Assembly (NCBI RefSeq): GCF_009914755.1 | Contig: NC_060931.1 | Length of the DNA stretch: 64,000 nucleotides | Strand: one strand, 5' to 3' | Source of the DNA: the human T2T-CHM13v2.0 reference genome, Homo sapiens | Shown: in pieces, positions 1-14,546 of the stretch | Numbering within the stretch: position 1 is the stretch's first letter | How the letters are laid out: the number at the start of each line of letters is the position of its first letter | The notes under the pieces: model-generated | Told to the model about the DNA's origin: nothing | The model's input: the letters and a program-made list of their open reading frames with translations, nothing else | The model's database searches: none | Program-made: the position numbers and the translations under genes

Positions 1-599
1 ATTGGCATAAAGTTGTTACAACGTTCCCTTACTGTCATTCTGTTGTCTCTAGAAGGATCTGAAAATGTCCTAGGCCCACCGACCAAAACCAGGTCCTGAA
101 AACCAGGACTGGCAGCAGGAGAGGAAGGCGCTCCTCTGGCCTCTTTCTCACCCACTCTGCAGCTTCACACACAGGAACACCTTACACCCTCCTTCGGTGT
201 GAATTTCAAAATACATACAATGACCAGAGGGCAGCGGAAGGGAAGGGCAGAGAGCTTTCAAGCAACACTGCCCTCCCTCCTCACCTCCTCACCGCATTCC
301 ACTCCCGTTTCGGAGACAAGTGGCCGGCAGCTACTCCCCGCGCAGGCAGCTCCTCCGGCGCCCCAGCTGAGCTCCCGCCGCCCCTCAGGCTCTGCTTCCC
401 ACCCCCTAATCCCGCTGGAATCTGCCACAGCATCGACCTGCTGCTCCTCAACATCGTAGAGCTTTCTTACTTTCTCACAACTCCTTGAGACACTTTTTTT
501 ACTGTGGTTTCCTTCCCCAGCCCATATTTGGTTCTCATGAAAACAGAAGCTCCGTGGAGAAAGCGAAGAAAGTCCTTGAAAGTCGCCTGTTCAAAGCCG

Positions 600-1280
600 C
601 CACTGCCGTGATGCCCCCTGACTCCGCACCCCGCCGCCGTGACGCCCCCCACGACCCCGCACCCTGCTGCAGTGACGCCCCCGACCCCTCACCCCGCTGC
701 CGTCACACACCCCGACCCCGCTGCCGTCACTCCCCACGACCCCCCACCCCGCTGCCGTCACGCTCCGTGACCCCCGACCCCGACACCCTGCTGCCGTGAT
801 GTTCCCCCAACCCTGCACCCCGCTGCCGTGACGCCCGCCCCGACCCCGCACCCCGCTGCTGTCACGCCCCCGACCCCGCACCCCGCCGCCGTCACGCCCG
901 ACCCCTCACCCCGCTACTGTGACGCCCCCCGACCCCTCACCCCGCTGCCGTCACACACCCCGACCCCGCTGCCGTCACTCCCAACCCCCCACCCCGCTGC
1001 CGTCACGCTCCGTGACCCCCGACCCCGACACCCTGCTGCCGTGATGTTCCCCCAACCCTGCACCCCGCTGCCGTGACGCCCGCCCCGACCCCGCACCCCG
1101 CTGCCGTCACGCCCCCGACCCCGCACCCCGCCGCCGTCACGCCCGACCTCTCACCCCGCTACTGTGACGCCCCCCGACCCCGCACCCCGCCGCCGTCACT
1201 CCCCCGACCCCGCACCCCGCTGCCGTGACACCCCCCGGCCCCCATCCCGCTGCCATCACGCCTCCCGGCCCCCGCACCCT
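600..1280. repeat. GC/CpG-rich minisatellite, ~30-bp unit (ccccgaccccgcaccccgctgccgtcacgc), with a 245-bp higher-order duplication
   Basis: Repeated unit visible; variant block gacaccctgctgccgtgatgttccccc at 782 and 1027. Confidence 0.95.
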
Positions 1281-2194
1281 TGTCTGTGTCCCACAGCACA
1301 GGACCTGTCAGCGAGCGTCTGGCGCCTTCCTCCCTCCCCTGCAGAGACCCGCCAGGCCCCTCCAACAGGTGCTTTCTAAACTGCAATTTCCTCATCTACA
1401 AAAGGACAATCACAACAACGGAACCCAGGGGACAGGACTGCATCAACTACAACCAGACGGCGTAGACGGCAGCACACGGCCCTCGGCAAATCAGAGGTGC
1501 TCAGTGACCACAGCCACCATGACAGCAGGGCGGGGCGGGGGGCAAGGAAGCAGCGCTGGGAGACTTGGAGACACCCCAAAAAACGCCTTCCTCAGAAACA
1601 CTGCTGTGCAAGAACCTGCAAATCCCTAAGGCGTCTGTGTCCGATGGCCCCGGCCCCATGCTCTGAGGTCGCGCAGGTGTCCAAGGCCAGGAGGGGCACC
1701 GAGGAGACGAAGAAGAAACAGCACAGCAGCTGGGGAGGTGAGGCCCGCGCCTGGGATGTCATGCAGCCTGCCGAGCAGCCGCTCGAGGGACCCGCCCATG
1801 TGTCATCAGCTCTGGCCTTCCTCCTCTCACAGATCAGAGAGCAGAGGGCAAGGTGGGCAGAGCCCAGGGTGGGTGCAGGGCTGAGCGCAGGACAGACGTC
1901 CCTCCAGCCTGGTGGCTGCCCCGTGTGGTGAGCGGGAGGACGTGTGAGCTGGGGGGCTCCTCCTTGTGACTGCAGATGTGTGGGCCATGGGAGGGCGCAG
2001 AATGGACCAAGAACCGAAAGGTCTGTGCAGGGGCCCTGCAGCATCCCAGGAGCAGCCTTGCCGCCACCTCCATCCAACACAACCCGTCCTCTGGCCTCAC
2101 TGAATTCTCCTGAGGACCAAACACGGGAGGGGTGTGGTTCCTAGGCCATCTGAGCAATGACAAGCTAGACGGGTGGTTAGAAACAGCCATTTTA

Positions 2195-2862
<668 letters not shown>

Positions 2863-3203
2863 GGGTCACATTTATTAAAAAAAAAAACCCTCCTGACCTC
2901 AGGTAGGAACAGCAGAGTCTGAGTCACCAAAGCCCGGGGCTGCCACTCTCCAGGGCGCCCCACTCCCAGCTCCAGCGGCTGAGTCCACCAAGCCAGGACA
3001 GGCCCAAGGACCAGAGGGCGAGGTGATTCACAGTGGAGCTCGGAAAGACCCATCCATGCCCAGCGCCTTGTCAAAAACCACAGGGGTCTTGGTGACAAGC
3101 AATTGAGGGAGGCCAACATGGCAGAGCCAGGGCTGCAAAATCGGCTGGAATAAGCATCAGACCTGCTAGAAGGGTAAGAAGAGCAGTGCAGTGTGGTACA
3201 TGC

Positions 3204-3316
3204 CAGGGAGGAGCATCGCCAGGGAGGAGCACCATGAGGGAGGAGCACCACCAGGGAGAGGCAGGCCAGGGAGGAGCACCGCCAAGGAGGAGCAGGCCAG
3301 GGAGGAGCACCACCAG
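3204..3316. repeat. Short degenerate tandem repeat (cagggaggagcaccac-like, ~16-17 bp)
   Basis: About 7 diverged copies. Confidence 0.75.
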
Positions 3317-4115
3317 ATAGGCTGCAAGGAGCACCCTTTCCTGAGCCTGCATGCTGCTCCGCAGGAGGCTGGGGAGCACCTCCCTCCCAGGCATGGGCTC
3401 TGGGGAGGAGTTCCCCTGTGGCACCGGTGGTTTCCCATGGATGTGCCACGCTGGTTTTCGGAGCCTGCAGGCGGACTGGGCACCGTGTAAAGAGGCCCGA
3501 GAGGGTTCCCCTAACACAGGCAAGCGTCATGCACACGGCACAAGCACCGGGGAGGGATGTAAGAAAGGTCTACGCTTTCAGTTTCCAACAGGGCTGGCCC
3601 TGGGAAAAGCCGCAGAGGGAAGCTGGCTCTGAATTAATGTCCAAGATCTTTTCCTCCACTTGGCAGGGCTCTCTCCCTTCAGGGACCGGTGGCCTTGGCC
3701 AGGACTCTTCCCAGCCCAGCGCCACAGCCTTCTCGGGAAAGCCGGGGGAGGAGAGCATGGGGACTTGCACGCCTTGCCTGGCTGGGGAGAGGACCTGCCT
3801 TCTAGCCACACTTCCTGCACAGCCCACGCCCAACCCCTGGGTGACGCTCCTGGCACAGGCTTACGGGGTGGTCAGCGAGGGGCCGGCCCCTGCTCTGCAG
3901 CCAAGACTCAGGTTACCCAGTGTCCAGTCCGGAGCTCCTGCTGTTCTGGGTACCCTGCTGTTGCGGGCAGAGGGCCGAGACCCCCGGCCTGGGCCAGATG
4001 CCAATGCTGGCTCTTAGCTCGAGACTGTACGACAGGGTCCGAGGAAGGCGCTCTTGGGCTTACAAAGGCCTGAGCACTTTTCCCTGGTATTCTTGGGGGC
4101 TTTCAGGTCCTATTT

Positions 4116-4416
4116 TTATTTATTTTTATTTTTTTGAGATGGAGTCTCTCTCTGTCGCCCAGGCTGGAGTGCAGTGGTGCCATCTAGGCTCACCGCAAGC
4201 TCCGCCTCCCGGGTTCACACCATTCTCCTGCCTCAGCCTCCCAAGTAGCTGGGACTACAGGCTTCCACCACCAAGCCTGGCTAATTTTTTGTATTTTTAG
4301 CAGAGATGGGGTTTCACCGTGTTAGCCAGGATGGTCTCTATCTCCTGACCTTGTGATCCGCCCGCCTCGGCCTCCCAGAGTGCTGGGATTACAGGCGTGA
4401 GCCACTGCACCTGGCC
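4116..4416 (-). mobile_element. AluY-like; its 5' end is duplicated at 4444-4515
   Basis: TSD TCAGGTCCTATTT at 4103-4115 and 4417-4429. Confidence 0.93.
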
Positions 4417-5882
4417 TCAGGTCCTATTTGAAGTTGCTCTGGTCCTCCCAGAGTGCTGGGATTACAGGCGTGAGCCACCGCGCCCGGCCCCAGGTCCTAT
4501 TTGAAGTTGCTCTGGCAGGGCTGCTTTCTGAACGTGCAAGCCCTCAGGTGCCCCGTGCACAGGCACACACCACCTTTTCCCTCTGCAGTACTAAGCTGGC
4601 TGCCTCCTACCAGGGCTAGTTTGAATTTTCCTAGGTCACACGGGCAAGCCAGACGCTGCTTACGTGCATTGAGTGTGGTGTGAGCGGCTTCAGACCAGAT
4701 TCCTGTCTTCTTTACACAACTCTAGGTTTTCTGTGCCTGTTTTCGGTGAGCACAGAACAACTGAAGGAAGCGCGGGACAGACACAAGGGCGGGCCTCGGT
4801 GCCACGGCTGGCCTTGGGCAGAGGGAAATGCTTTGTGTACTTTCTCTGGGAAGCAGCAGCCCCAGCGCGGCCTCGGCGTCCTCTGCCGCCAACTGCTCCG
4901 TGACCGCTGGGCGTGTGTGCGGGGACATGGGAGCAACTTCACAGTGGTGGGAAGTTTCTCTCCTAAAACGAAAGCTTCTCTATACTACAGATTGGCCCCA
5001 TTAAATAAAAGAAAATACGGTGTATTTTTACAGCGTTTGGGATTGGAAATGACTGAGATTCACGGTGGCTCTAGTCCTGTCTCCTGAAGACGGAGCTGGA
5101 CGAGGTCTGCGGACAGTCAGAAAACACGTCAGGGTTTTGGCTCAGCTGCCAGATATGCAGCTATGGTGGGATTTCTGCGGCAGGGCAAGGAAGTGGAGAC
5201 AGTTCGCGTGGCAGAGCACAGCGGGTGCCCTATAGTGGGCACGCCTGGAGAGCGTATATTTTCACAGGGCCCGAAACCTGAATGGAGGATTCTTTCCACC
5301 AGCTGCGGGGTGGGGGGGGCTCAGGCACATCAGTTTTCCCACCCAGAAGACGAAGGCCTGCGAAGGGGGCCCCATGAGGCCTGGGAAGGGGGCCCCGTGA
5401 GACCTGGGGTTAAATCTTCCACAGCAAGCAGGGACCCCAGCCAGGCTCTGCACAAGGCAGGCGCTGCGCTCAGGTGGGAGTCCTGTGAGATGCTCCTGCA
5501 CCCCACACTCCCGTGACCACAGGCGAGGCCTAACGCCCCCCACGCCGGTTCATCTCGTCTCCTCAAACTCCCACCAAGATGCTCACGACAGGGCCCAAAT
5601 GCACTCCCGGGGGGTTGGCTAGTCTGCAGGATCACAGGCTGGCCCAGTGAAAACCTGGGCTTCGCTGCCTTACAACCATGCAGAACTCATAGCCAGGCCA
5701 TGTGCCCACCTGCCCACTGGGACCCCGGGACAGTGCCTGCTCCAGACAGAGGCTGGGAGCTCTGTGAGGGGCACATGGAGTGAAGCAGAGCCTGCGGCTC
5801 ACCTGTTTGGCTCTGGCTGGCCAGGTGCCCCCTCAAGCCCCAGCTCAGCCTTCCCCCAAACACTCAGCTCCATCCCCCACCC

Positions 5883-6000
5883 CAGCGGGTCAGGGCTCTG
5901 TCAAGACTGCTGGTGAATGGCCGGCTGAGGAGGCAGCGAGGCAGCGGGTCAGGGCTCTGTCAAGACTGCTGATGAATGCCCGGCTGAGGAGGCAGCGAGG
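5883..6000. repeat. 59-bp tandem duplication
   Basis: cagcgggtcagggctctgtcaagactgctg... at 5883 and 5942. Confidence 0.9.
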
Positions 6001-8598
6001 CCTTTGGAGAGGGAGGGCCAGGGTCACAAGACCAGCAGGGCACAAAGGTGGCTACGGGAGGAGCAGGAAGTCAACAGCCGCAAACAAACCTCCCAAGCCA
6101 CTCGAAGCTGACATCCGCAGGCCACAGGGACACACCTGAGGCTGCGGAGGGGCGGCCACAGACCTTCACAGCCATCCTGGGTCCCCAGGCAGGCAACGCC
6201 CGGCTGCTCGTCTGCTGTCCACCTCCCTATGGGGACACCTCAAATCACACGAGAATTGTGACCTCAAAAGCTTATGCTGCTTTTGCACAGAAACAGTGAC
6301 GTGTGAACCATCCTGGGATGGTATGAAAGACAAGCGCAGGTCTGGAAAAGCAGTTCAGAAGCCACTCAACTGTCTACGCTGGGGAGACGGTTTCGTGAGC
6401 TACCACCACAGCCTATAACTACTTATCCATTAAAAATGATAATAAAACCCAGGAAGAGGCCGGGAAAACATTCAATAAACCAGCGTGCTGAGGGAATCTG
6501 CACAACCCCCCTCCCTGCCCAATGTAGACGTGTGACGGGAAGTGGCAGGGGCAGCAGCTCCTCTGAGGGGCCCCGTGGCAGGCAGGCCCTGGCGGGGGCT
6601 GGGAGGGCTCAGGGGCAGGGGTGACTCCCAGATGCCCTCCAGAGGGTCCAGGGCCCTGCAGGAGCCACCAGCCCTCACCACTGGAGTCCCCGGCCTCCCA
6701 GCTCTGGGGAAGCAGCCCTGGAGAAGTGGCGCCCATGCTTTCTAGAACCTCTCTGAAGGGTTGTTTAAGCAGCGAGGGCCCATGCTGCCGTCAAGAACAC
6801 ACAATTCTCAAGGTCCCGGCTTTGGGGAGTTCCCCCAGGCCCCGAACCTGACCTTGGCAGCCCCTCTGCGTGGCTCAGGAACGAGTCCCACAAGCCCCTG
6901 GCTCTTGGCCGGAAACCGGCCACCAAAACAGACTGTGAAGGGCCAACCCCTCCTCCCAGGGAATTCCAGGGCTCAGTAGGACCCTTTGCTTTCCCTGGGG
7001 TTAGAAGGACAGGTGCTGGCAGAAACGCAAAACAGAGTGGCCACTTTGGCAGCTTTGTATGAAGCTAAATGTGCACACACTGTAAGAACCAGCGATGCCC
7101 AATCCTAGCGATCCACCCAAAATAAAATTACGCTCACATGAAACCCTGTATGTGAACATTTAAAGCAGCTTTATAATAGACACAATCTGGAAAGAACTCA
7201 AATGTCGCTCCCACGATGGCGGGACACAGACCGCGGCACAGCCCCCCGTGCTCAGTGGCGAGCAGCCACGGCCACCTGGTGTGCACGACGTGACACACCA
7301 TCTCAAGCGCAGGAGGCACGGGGACAGCCAGGCTCGGAGGCTGCACACGCACAGGTGCCACCCGCGTGACGGTCCGGGGAGTCTGATCACGGGAGCAGAG
7401 TGCAGCCGCACGGCCGCCAGGTTGGGTGGAGGGAGGGGCTGACCACCCAGGGACGGGCAGAGGAGTCTGGAACAGGACGGTTTGTGCGCTGCCTGCGAGC
7501 ACCGTGCTTCCACGACTAGATGCCTCTGTGGTGAAAGCCAAAAGGAGTATTTTACTGCACACAAATTCTCAGAAATGATCATCTGAAAACTACAGGTTCT
7601 CGGCTAAGGCACCCAGGCTCAGACTGCCGACACATCGTTAAGCAGCTGGGTACCAGCAGCAATGACCTCATCCCTCTGACTCCGTGACCTCGGCTGCAGA
7701 GGGTCACGGCGAATTATATACACAGTGCCACGCACATGGGAAGCTCTCAGTGAGAGAGGGTGGGCTGAGAGCCGCTTGGCCTGGGCCCTGCACCTCGTCC
7801 CACTCTGCATGAACTGCCTTTGCGGGTAAGGTCGGGAAGAAGGTGCCAGGCTGTCAAGGCCCAGGGTGCAGGGGGCCAGGTGGGAAGAACAGGAAGGCCG
7901 GCCGAGCTGGAGCCTGCACGGCCCTGCATTTGTTACTCTGCCTCTTAGACTATGCAGTGGTAGCAGTGGAGGAGGGGGAGCACGCCCCCCACCCGGCAGC
8001 CCAGCAAGGCTGCAACCTGCAGCTCCCAAAGGGCTTGGTCCCTCCCCGCGTGCCGTCATCCAGGGCCACCAGGGCCGGGGACGGTGCCGGGCAGTGCCGC
8101 TGGGAGACGGGCTTGGTGCCTAGGCCGGGTGGGGGTGAGCTAAGCACACCCAGCCCCGCTCCACCAGACTGACCTTGCCAGGCCGGGATTTGAGAGGGCT
8201 TCGGGGATAACTGTGAGGACCCCCTCTCCTAGGACCCCCAAGTCAGGGGGCCATGAAAGGTGGGGGAAGGGGAACCTGTCTGGGACCACTCAGAATTCTT
8301 CCCTTTCCTTGTAGAGCCCGAGCCCGGGCAGAAGAACCAGAACAAAACCTAAGTACAAACACGGCGGGCTCGAGCGGGGCTTGGCACGGCGCAGGGGTGG
8401 CGGCAAGGGGGCAGCCTGGACTGGAGCCAGAAAGCCTGTGCTGGCATCCGCCACGCGGACGGGGAAGCTGAGACCCAGGGCTCAGGTCACGCTTACGTCG
8501 TTTGGTAGCCAGGTACCAGGACCTCATGCCATACACAGCACACAGGCTGTGGAGCTGGAGCCAGTCGAGGAACCTGGAAGCCCCGACCCAGACAAGGC

Positions 8599-8708
8599 GC
8601 AGCCTGGGGGAGGGACAGGGAGGCCTCTCGAACCCATGGCTTTCTTCTGCCCACTGCAGCCTGGGGGAGGGACAGGGAGGCCTCTCGAACCCATGGCTTT
8701 CTTCTGCC
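8599..8708. repeat. 57-bp tandem duplication
   Basis: gcagcctgggggagggacagggaggcctctcgaacccatggctttcttctgcc at 8599 and 8656. Confidence 0.92.
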
Positions 8709-10244
8709 TGCACAGGGGCCCCTCCTGTCCACGATAAAAGCCCAGTAATAAGGAGAAAGCAGTCAGCAGCCTTCACCTCAGCTCCAGACTCCGTTCTCGG
8801 GGCCAAGTTCAGGTGTGTGCCTGTCCCCCCACCCACCAGGTGGCCAGGCCTGGCTATGACCGCACGGGAGAGCAGGGCGGACCCCGCGAACGGGGACAGC
8901 ACCTGACGGCGACATCCACAAACGCCGCCCCGCAGGAGCACGCACTCCCACACAAAGCGCCTGCAGCTGACAGCCGCCGGGAGGGGACATCTGGACAGCC
9001 TCACGCAGCTTTCAGACCTGCAGTCCATGTTAAAAGGATCTTGTTTCCAATTTGCCTTAATTAAACAAACATTCCAAACCACTTCCTCTCAGTCTGACCA
9101 TTGTTCTTCATTCCGTGGTACTCGGAGTCCTGGGAACCACTCATCACTGTCGGGTGCAGGTGGACGTCCCCTCACGGTAAGGTCAGAGTGCTCCCGCCCA
9201 GCGCGTGGCTCCGCGGCGCCCTGCGTGCCTGGGGGGTGAGAGAGGGTGGCGGGGGCGAGGTGCTTGTGAGGCACATCACAATGGGGCCCGAGGGCGCTGC
9301 GTGCACAGGACTCTACAGCACAGTCTTCATGGGCCGTTGGTCTGAGTTACTCAGAGCAGGGGATGATCCATCCCCACTTAAAGACAAAGTGAATGGGGTT
9401 AAACAGGTGCTGTGAGTGGCTGGGACGGGCTCACAGGAGGAGGGGCCAGCATGGGCCACGCACCACACTCTCACCCAAGACCCAAAGCCGGCCAGGCCAC
9501 CGATGGGCAGAGATGACTGCAGCTTCCAGAATAGTGGGCTTCATGGGGTGGGCATCCCAAAGCATATCACAGCCCCTGGGGGGCAGGGCAGGTGCTGCAT
9601 GATCCTGGTCCTGTGTCCAGCTCCTGCCACTGCCCCATCTCGTAACCCTCTGGACACAGAGAACGCAGAGAACAGGCAGTGTTCCATGTTCCCACCAAGG
9701 GGAGGATCCAGCGCCCGCAGAGAACTAAGGAAGCACCGGGGAGTGTGGTGCTACTGAAGAGAGGATGCGTCATTTGCATTTATCCAAAGAAAGGGTTCAC
9801 GATGTCTTACGTTCAAACAGATAAAATCAGACTGAGGTGGGGTGGGAGGAGCCTCCCCGAGGCTCCTTGAGGAACTGCCTGGCAGTGACCGAGGTGGGGC
9901 TGGGACAATGCCCAGGTGCTGGCCTCTCCTCGGATATTCCGCCATGTGCTCCTGGGGGCGGAGGGTCCCCCAAGGGCAGAGCTCAGCCAGCACCACCCTG
10001 CCCACTCTTCTGTAAAGTGCCCCTGGCACGACGCTCCCAGAGAACCCAAGGATGCGCCCAGAATGCTCCCAGCAACCACTGAGGGGGCCCTGCTGGGAGA
10101 CCCGCAAAACTGCCAATGCCTTGTAGGCCAGCAGCCGCACGCGCCTTCAGTGCTGGAGTCACGCCCAGGGGCTGACGGGCCAGATGGTCTCTGAGTGCAG
10201 CAAATTCCGTCTTGTGAGGGAAAGTGATAGAAGATGAGAGTGTG

Positions 10245-10970
<726 letters not shown>

Positions 10971-11607
10971 CTAAAGTCAGGATATGGCACGGAATGCAGA
11001 AATCGGAGCAGAGTTCCAACCCCGCCTGCCACTGGTGCGGCAAAACCCGCACACCCCACACACAGCTTCCTTGGGACCTGGGCTCTTTCTATAAAGGGGC
11101 TGCTGGTGCATGTCTCCTTAATGCTCCAGGCCTGTGAGGATCGGATGCCCGAGGGTGCTCCTGCATGTCACGCGGAGGCGGGGGACGCCAGCGATGCCCT
11201 CCCGGGGGCGTGGGAAGGGACTCTCGGCCTCCCTTGACTCTCCATCATCAGAGAATGTGTCCGCCTGGCATGTGAGACACGGCGCACTTCTCCGAACCTC
11301 GGGCTGTCTTCCAGCATGTGTTAGCTCTAGAATTCCTTCTGCACACAGCTTGATGTCTCCCCTGTAAGGTGGATCCGGCGCGTGGTACTGTGAGCACCTC
11401 CAACCAACTGCTCCCTCCCTTGTGCCTATGGGGGAGAAGCGAATGAGCCAGGACTGGGCTAATCTCAGGCAGTGCCGCCCCACCCTTGCCCCTGGTGGAC
11501 CGCTCCCCTTGAAAAGGAGCAGCAGTTGGTGGGAAGGGAAGCCTCACTCCGCCCAGCAGAGACAAGGGGTGTGTGGGATCTCACAGAACCGTGTAGACCC
11601 ACGCACC

Positions 11608-11705
11608 CCCACTGTACAGATGGGCACTGAGGCTCAGGAAGGTTAGAGACGTTGCCCGGTATCACACAGCACGTGGGGTGAGGAAGTGGAACCCGGGCTG
11701 GAGCC
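11608..11705 (-). mobile_element. MIR core fragment
   Basis: acagatgggcactgaggctcaggaaggttagagacgttgcccggtatcacacagc. Confidence 0.65.
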
Positions 11706-12493
11706 GGCAACGCTGAAAACCAGGGTTGTTTGGACGGCGACATGCAACTCCCTGAGGGCTCTGCTCCTGCAGAATCAGGGGGACCCATGCTGCTGCCTAC
11801 CATGGAGGGCATGGGAGAGGACTGGGGATGGGACAGGGAGCAGGAAGGGGTTGCTCAGTCAGTCAGTGCTGGCAGAGGGAGGGGCGCTGGGAAGGCACTG
11901 CAGGCCCTGTGTCTGGGGCCTCTCAGCACAAGGACTGGGCTTTGCACGCGAGGACTGAAGGGTCAAAGGCGAGGGCCAAGGTTTCCTACGTGGCATTCAC
12001 TCGGGAGGGCTCCTGAAGCTGGAGACACACTGCCTTACTTTGTGCGTGTTTTTCTCTATGCATTATCCAGTATTTGGCTATGTGTGCATTTAGCTCAATA
12101 AGCAATGATCAGATGAAATTCCCCTTGAAGTTCTTTCCTTTTATTCTATCCTGGGGATGAACAGAAAAATATTTTCACTTCTTAAAAATTCATAACGACA
12201 TCAGATCCAACAAGGAAATCAGTGCCTGAAAAGATGACTATTGACCCAGGACGCCTCTGGTGTACAGGCCGAGACCATGTGCTCAGAGTCAGCCGGCCCC
12301 TCCCAGATCTGCTCCTGGCCAGCTGTGAGGCCGCGGTGACACCACCTCCCTGCAGTCAGTTTCTGCAACCATGAGACGGGGAGAAGGACAGCCCTGCCTC
12401 ACAGGCTCTGAAGGAGGGTGACCTAAGATCAAGCACGCAGAGCACCGCACAGCGCCCAGCATGCATGTGTACAATGTCACATTCTACACTGAA

Positions 12494-12748
12494 GGAGGCT
12501 GAGACAGGAGGATCTCTTGAGCCCAGGAGTTCAAGACCAGCCTTGGCAATACAGTGAGACCTTATCTCTACAAAAAAATTAAAAAAAAAAAAAAAATTAG
12601 CGGCTCGCATCTGTAGTCCCAGCTACTCAGGGGCTGGGGTGGGAGGATGGCTTGAGCCTGGGAGGTGGAGGCTGCAGTGAGCTGAGATCAGGCCACTGCA
12701 CACTGGCCTGGGCAACAGAGCAAAATCCTGTCTCAAAAAAAAAAAAAG
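12494..12748 (+). mobile_element. 5'-truncated AluJ-like
   Basis: ttgagcccaggagttcaagaccagcc; ggaggctgcagtgagc; poly(A). Confidence 0.88.
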
Positions 12749-13497
12749 ATTTAAAAATCGGCAAAAGGTCTCTATGCCTTACAAATAGTCCACGAGATTC
12801 CTGCCATGCCGTCACACATCAAGTATTAAGTAGGTCTTGGAGACGGAAGTTCCTGCAGTCCGGGCCCTGTCTCTTACATCAGTAGCTGTACAGTACAAGT
12901 TACTTACCCGCCCAGTGCCCACAGGAGAAGGCTGCGCTCCAAGACCCAGATGCCCCGATCCGCTGACTCTATGCTGCAAGCAGGAAATCTAGGAGTATCG
13001 GCCACTCGCCCGCCCAGGGCAGGCTCCCCAGGAAACCCAGGGCACGTGAGTGGAGAGCTTGGGAGCTGAGCTCTTCCTCAGCCGCTGGGATGGGCAGAGA
13101 GACCAGAAGCCATGGGTTTGCACTAGCAGGGTGCAGCTATTTTTAAGTGACATGTCTCAGCTATTTCAAGGTTTGAATTTTTATTTTACTTATTTTTTTC
13201 TGTACTTTCTCATGACTCACATCTTTCAAAATTGTGTCTCAGGCATTTTTAATGCTGAAATCATCTCAACTTCACAGCTGGTCAAAAAATGTCTAAGAGC
13301 AAATCAGCTCTTTATCATCCAAATACAAAAAGGTACATATTAGAGTTGTCAACTTTCTACTGCTGGAAGAAAACTCCACGTTAGTATTTTTCCATTAAAA
13401 AATTAACACAGCATTCTGTTTAGGAAATGTGTGTATATTTCCTAAAATACACATCTGAAAGACTTTAAATTGCTATTGCACAGATGCCTTGAGCCCC

Positions 13498-13645
13498 AGC
13501 AGGTCCCGAGGGGCCGAGTGCCCCTGGAGGCCCAGCACCCCACTCTTGCACCTGCACCAGCTCTCCTGGCGGGGAGCAGGTCCCGAGGGGCCGAGTGCAC
13601 CTGGAGGCCCAGCACCCCAGTCCTCTGCCTGCACCAGCTCTCCTG
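13498..13645. repeat. 77-bp tandem duplication immediately upstream of the distal GPER1 first exon
   Basis: agcaggtcccgaggggccgagtgc... at 13498 and 13575. Confidence 0.9.
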
Positions 13646-13699
13646 GGGGGGAGGGGGAAGGGGGGAGCCCACGCAGGTCTCTGAACCACGCCTCAGGCT

Positions 13700-14146
13700 G
13701 CAGCAGCCGCATTACTCATACTCAGCGGACAAAGGATCACTCAGCATTCAATCTCACCACTTCAAAACATTACAGAGGGAAAACGACACCTAGAAGTAGG
13801 AGTGAGATTCGCTGAAGTTCCCTTCTGAGGAAGACCCACCCCTCCGCCTGGAGAGCCGGGGCTGGCGGTGCCTGAGGACCCCTTCGGCCTGGACAGCCCA
13901 CGCGGGCTTGGGGGGCCTCGCTCTGCCCTCATGGGGCGGCCATCGGTTCCCGAAGCGGCGAGTGAAAATTCAAATGGCCAGTAGGGGGCGCACTCGGAAG
14001 TGGCCGCCCCGCATGAGGCAGTTCAGCGGCCCCGAGAGTCCGGGGAGGGAGGTTTATTCTCCGCCTGCACGAGACTGTGAAATCCGCAACCATGAGCAGG
14101 AGAGGCGGCCCTGGTGGGGAAGAGGCCACCAACATCTGGACGGCAG
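13700..14146 (+). other. GPER1: GPER1 alternative non-coding first exon (distal, CpG-rich promoter)
   Basis: Consensus donor CAG|GTAAGT at 14146/14147; CpG-rich 13850-14200; ETS motif CGGAAGTG at ~13996; start approximate. Confidence 0.7.
13975..13993 (+). promoter_or_regulatory. CTCF consensus motif
   Basis: TGGCCAGTAGGGGGCGCAC closely matches CCASYAGRKGGCRS. Confidence 0.6.
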
Positions 14147-14218
14147 GTAAGTTCCGACGCTTCTGCAGCGAGCGCGGGAGGAGGGACCTGAGGCACCGCT
14201 AACACTCAGAGAAAACTA

Positions 14219-14546
14219 CCGGCTGAGGGTCCCTGGTCTGAATGCTTGGGACCGGAAGAGTTTCGGAGTTCAGATTTTTGCAGATTTTGGAATATCTGCA
14301 GGTACAGAATGAGAAAGCTAAATACGAAATTCATTTGTGTTTCATACACACCTTATACACACTGCCTGAAGGCAACTTTATAAAAACACTTTTAACAATT
14401 TCATGCATAAAACAAACTTTGAACTGCCTGGACTGCAGCCCGCCACACGAGGTCAGGTGTGGAATTTTCCACTTGTGTCACGACGCTCCAACAGTGTCGG
14501 ACTGTGGGGCACTCTGGATTTCAGATTTCCAGATGCTTAACCAGTA
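14219..14546. mobile_element. Tigger4/MER46-like DNA transposon fossil between the two GPER1 first exons
   Basis: tctgaatgcttgggaccggaagagtttcggagttcagatttttgcagattttggaatat... and terminal ggatttcagatttccagatgcttaacc. Confidence 0.7.
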
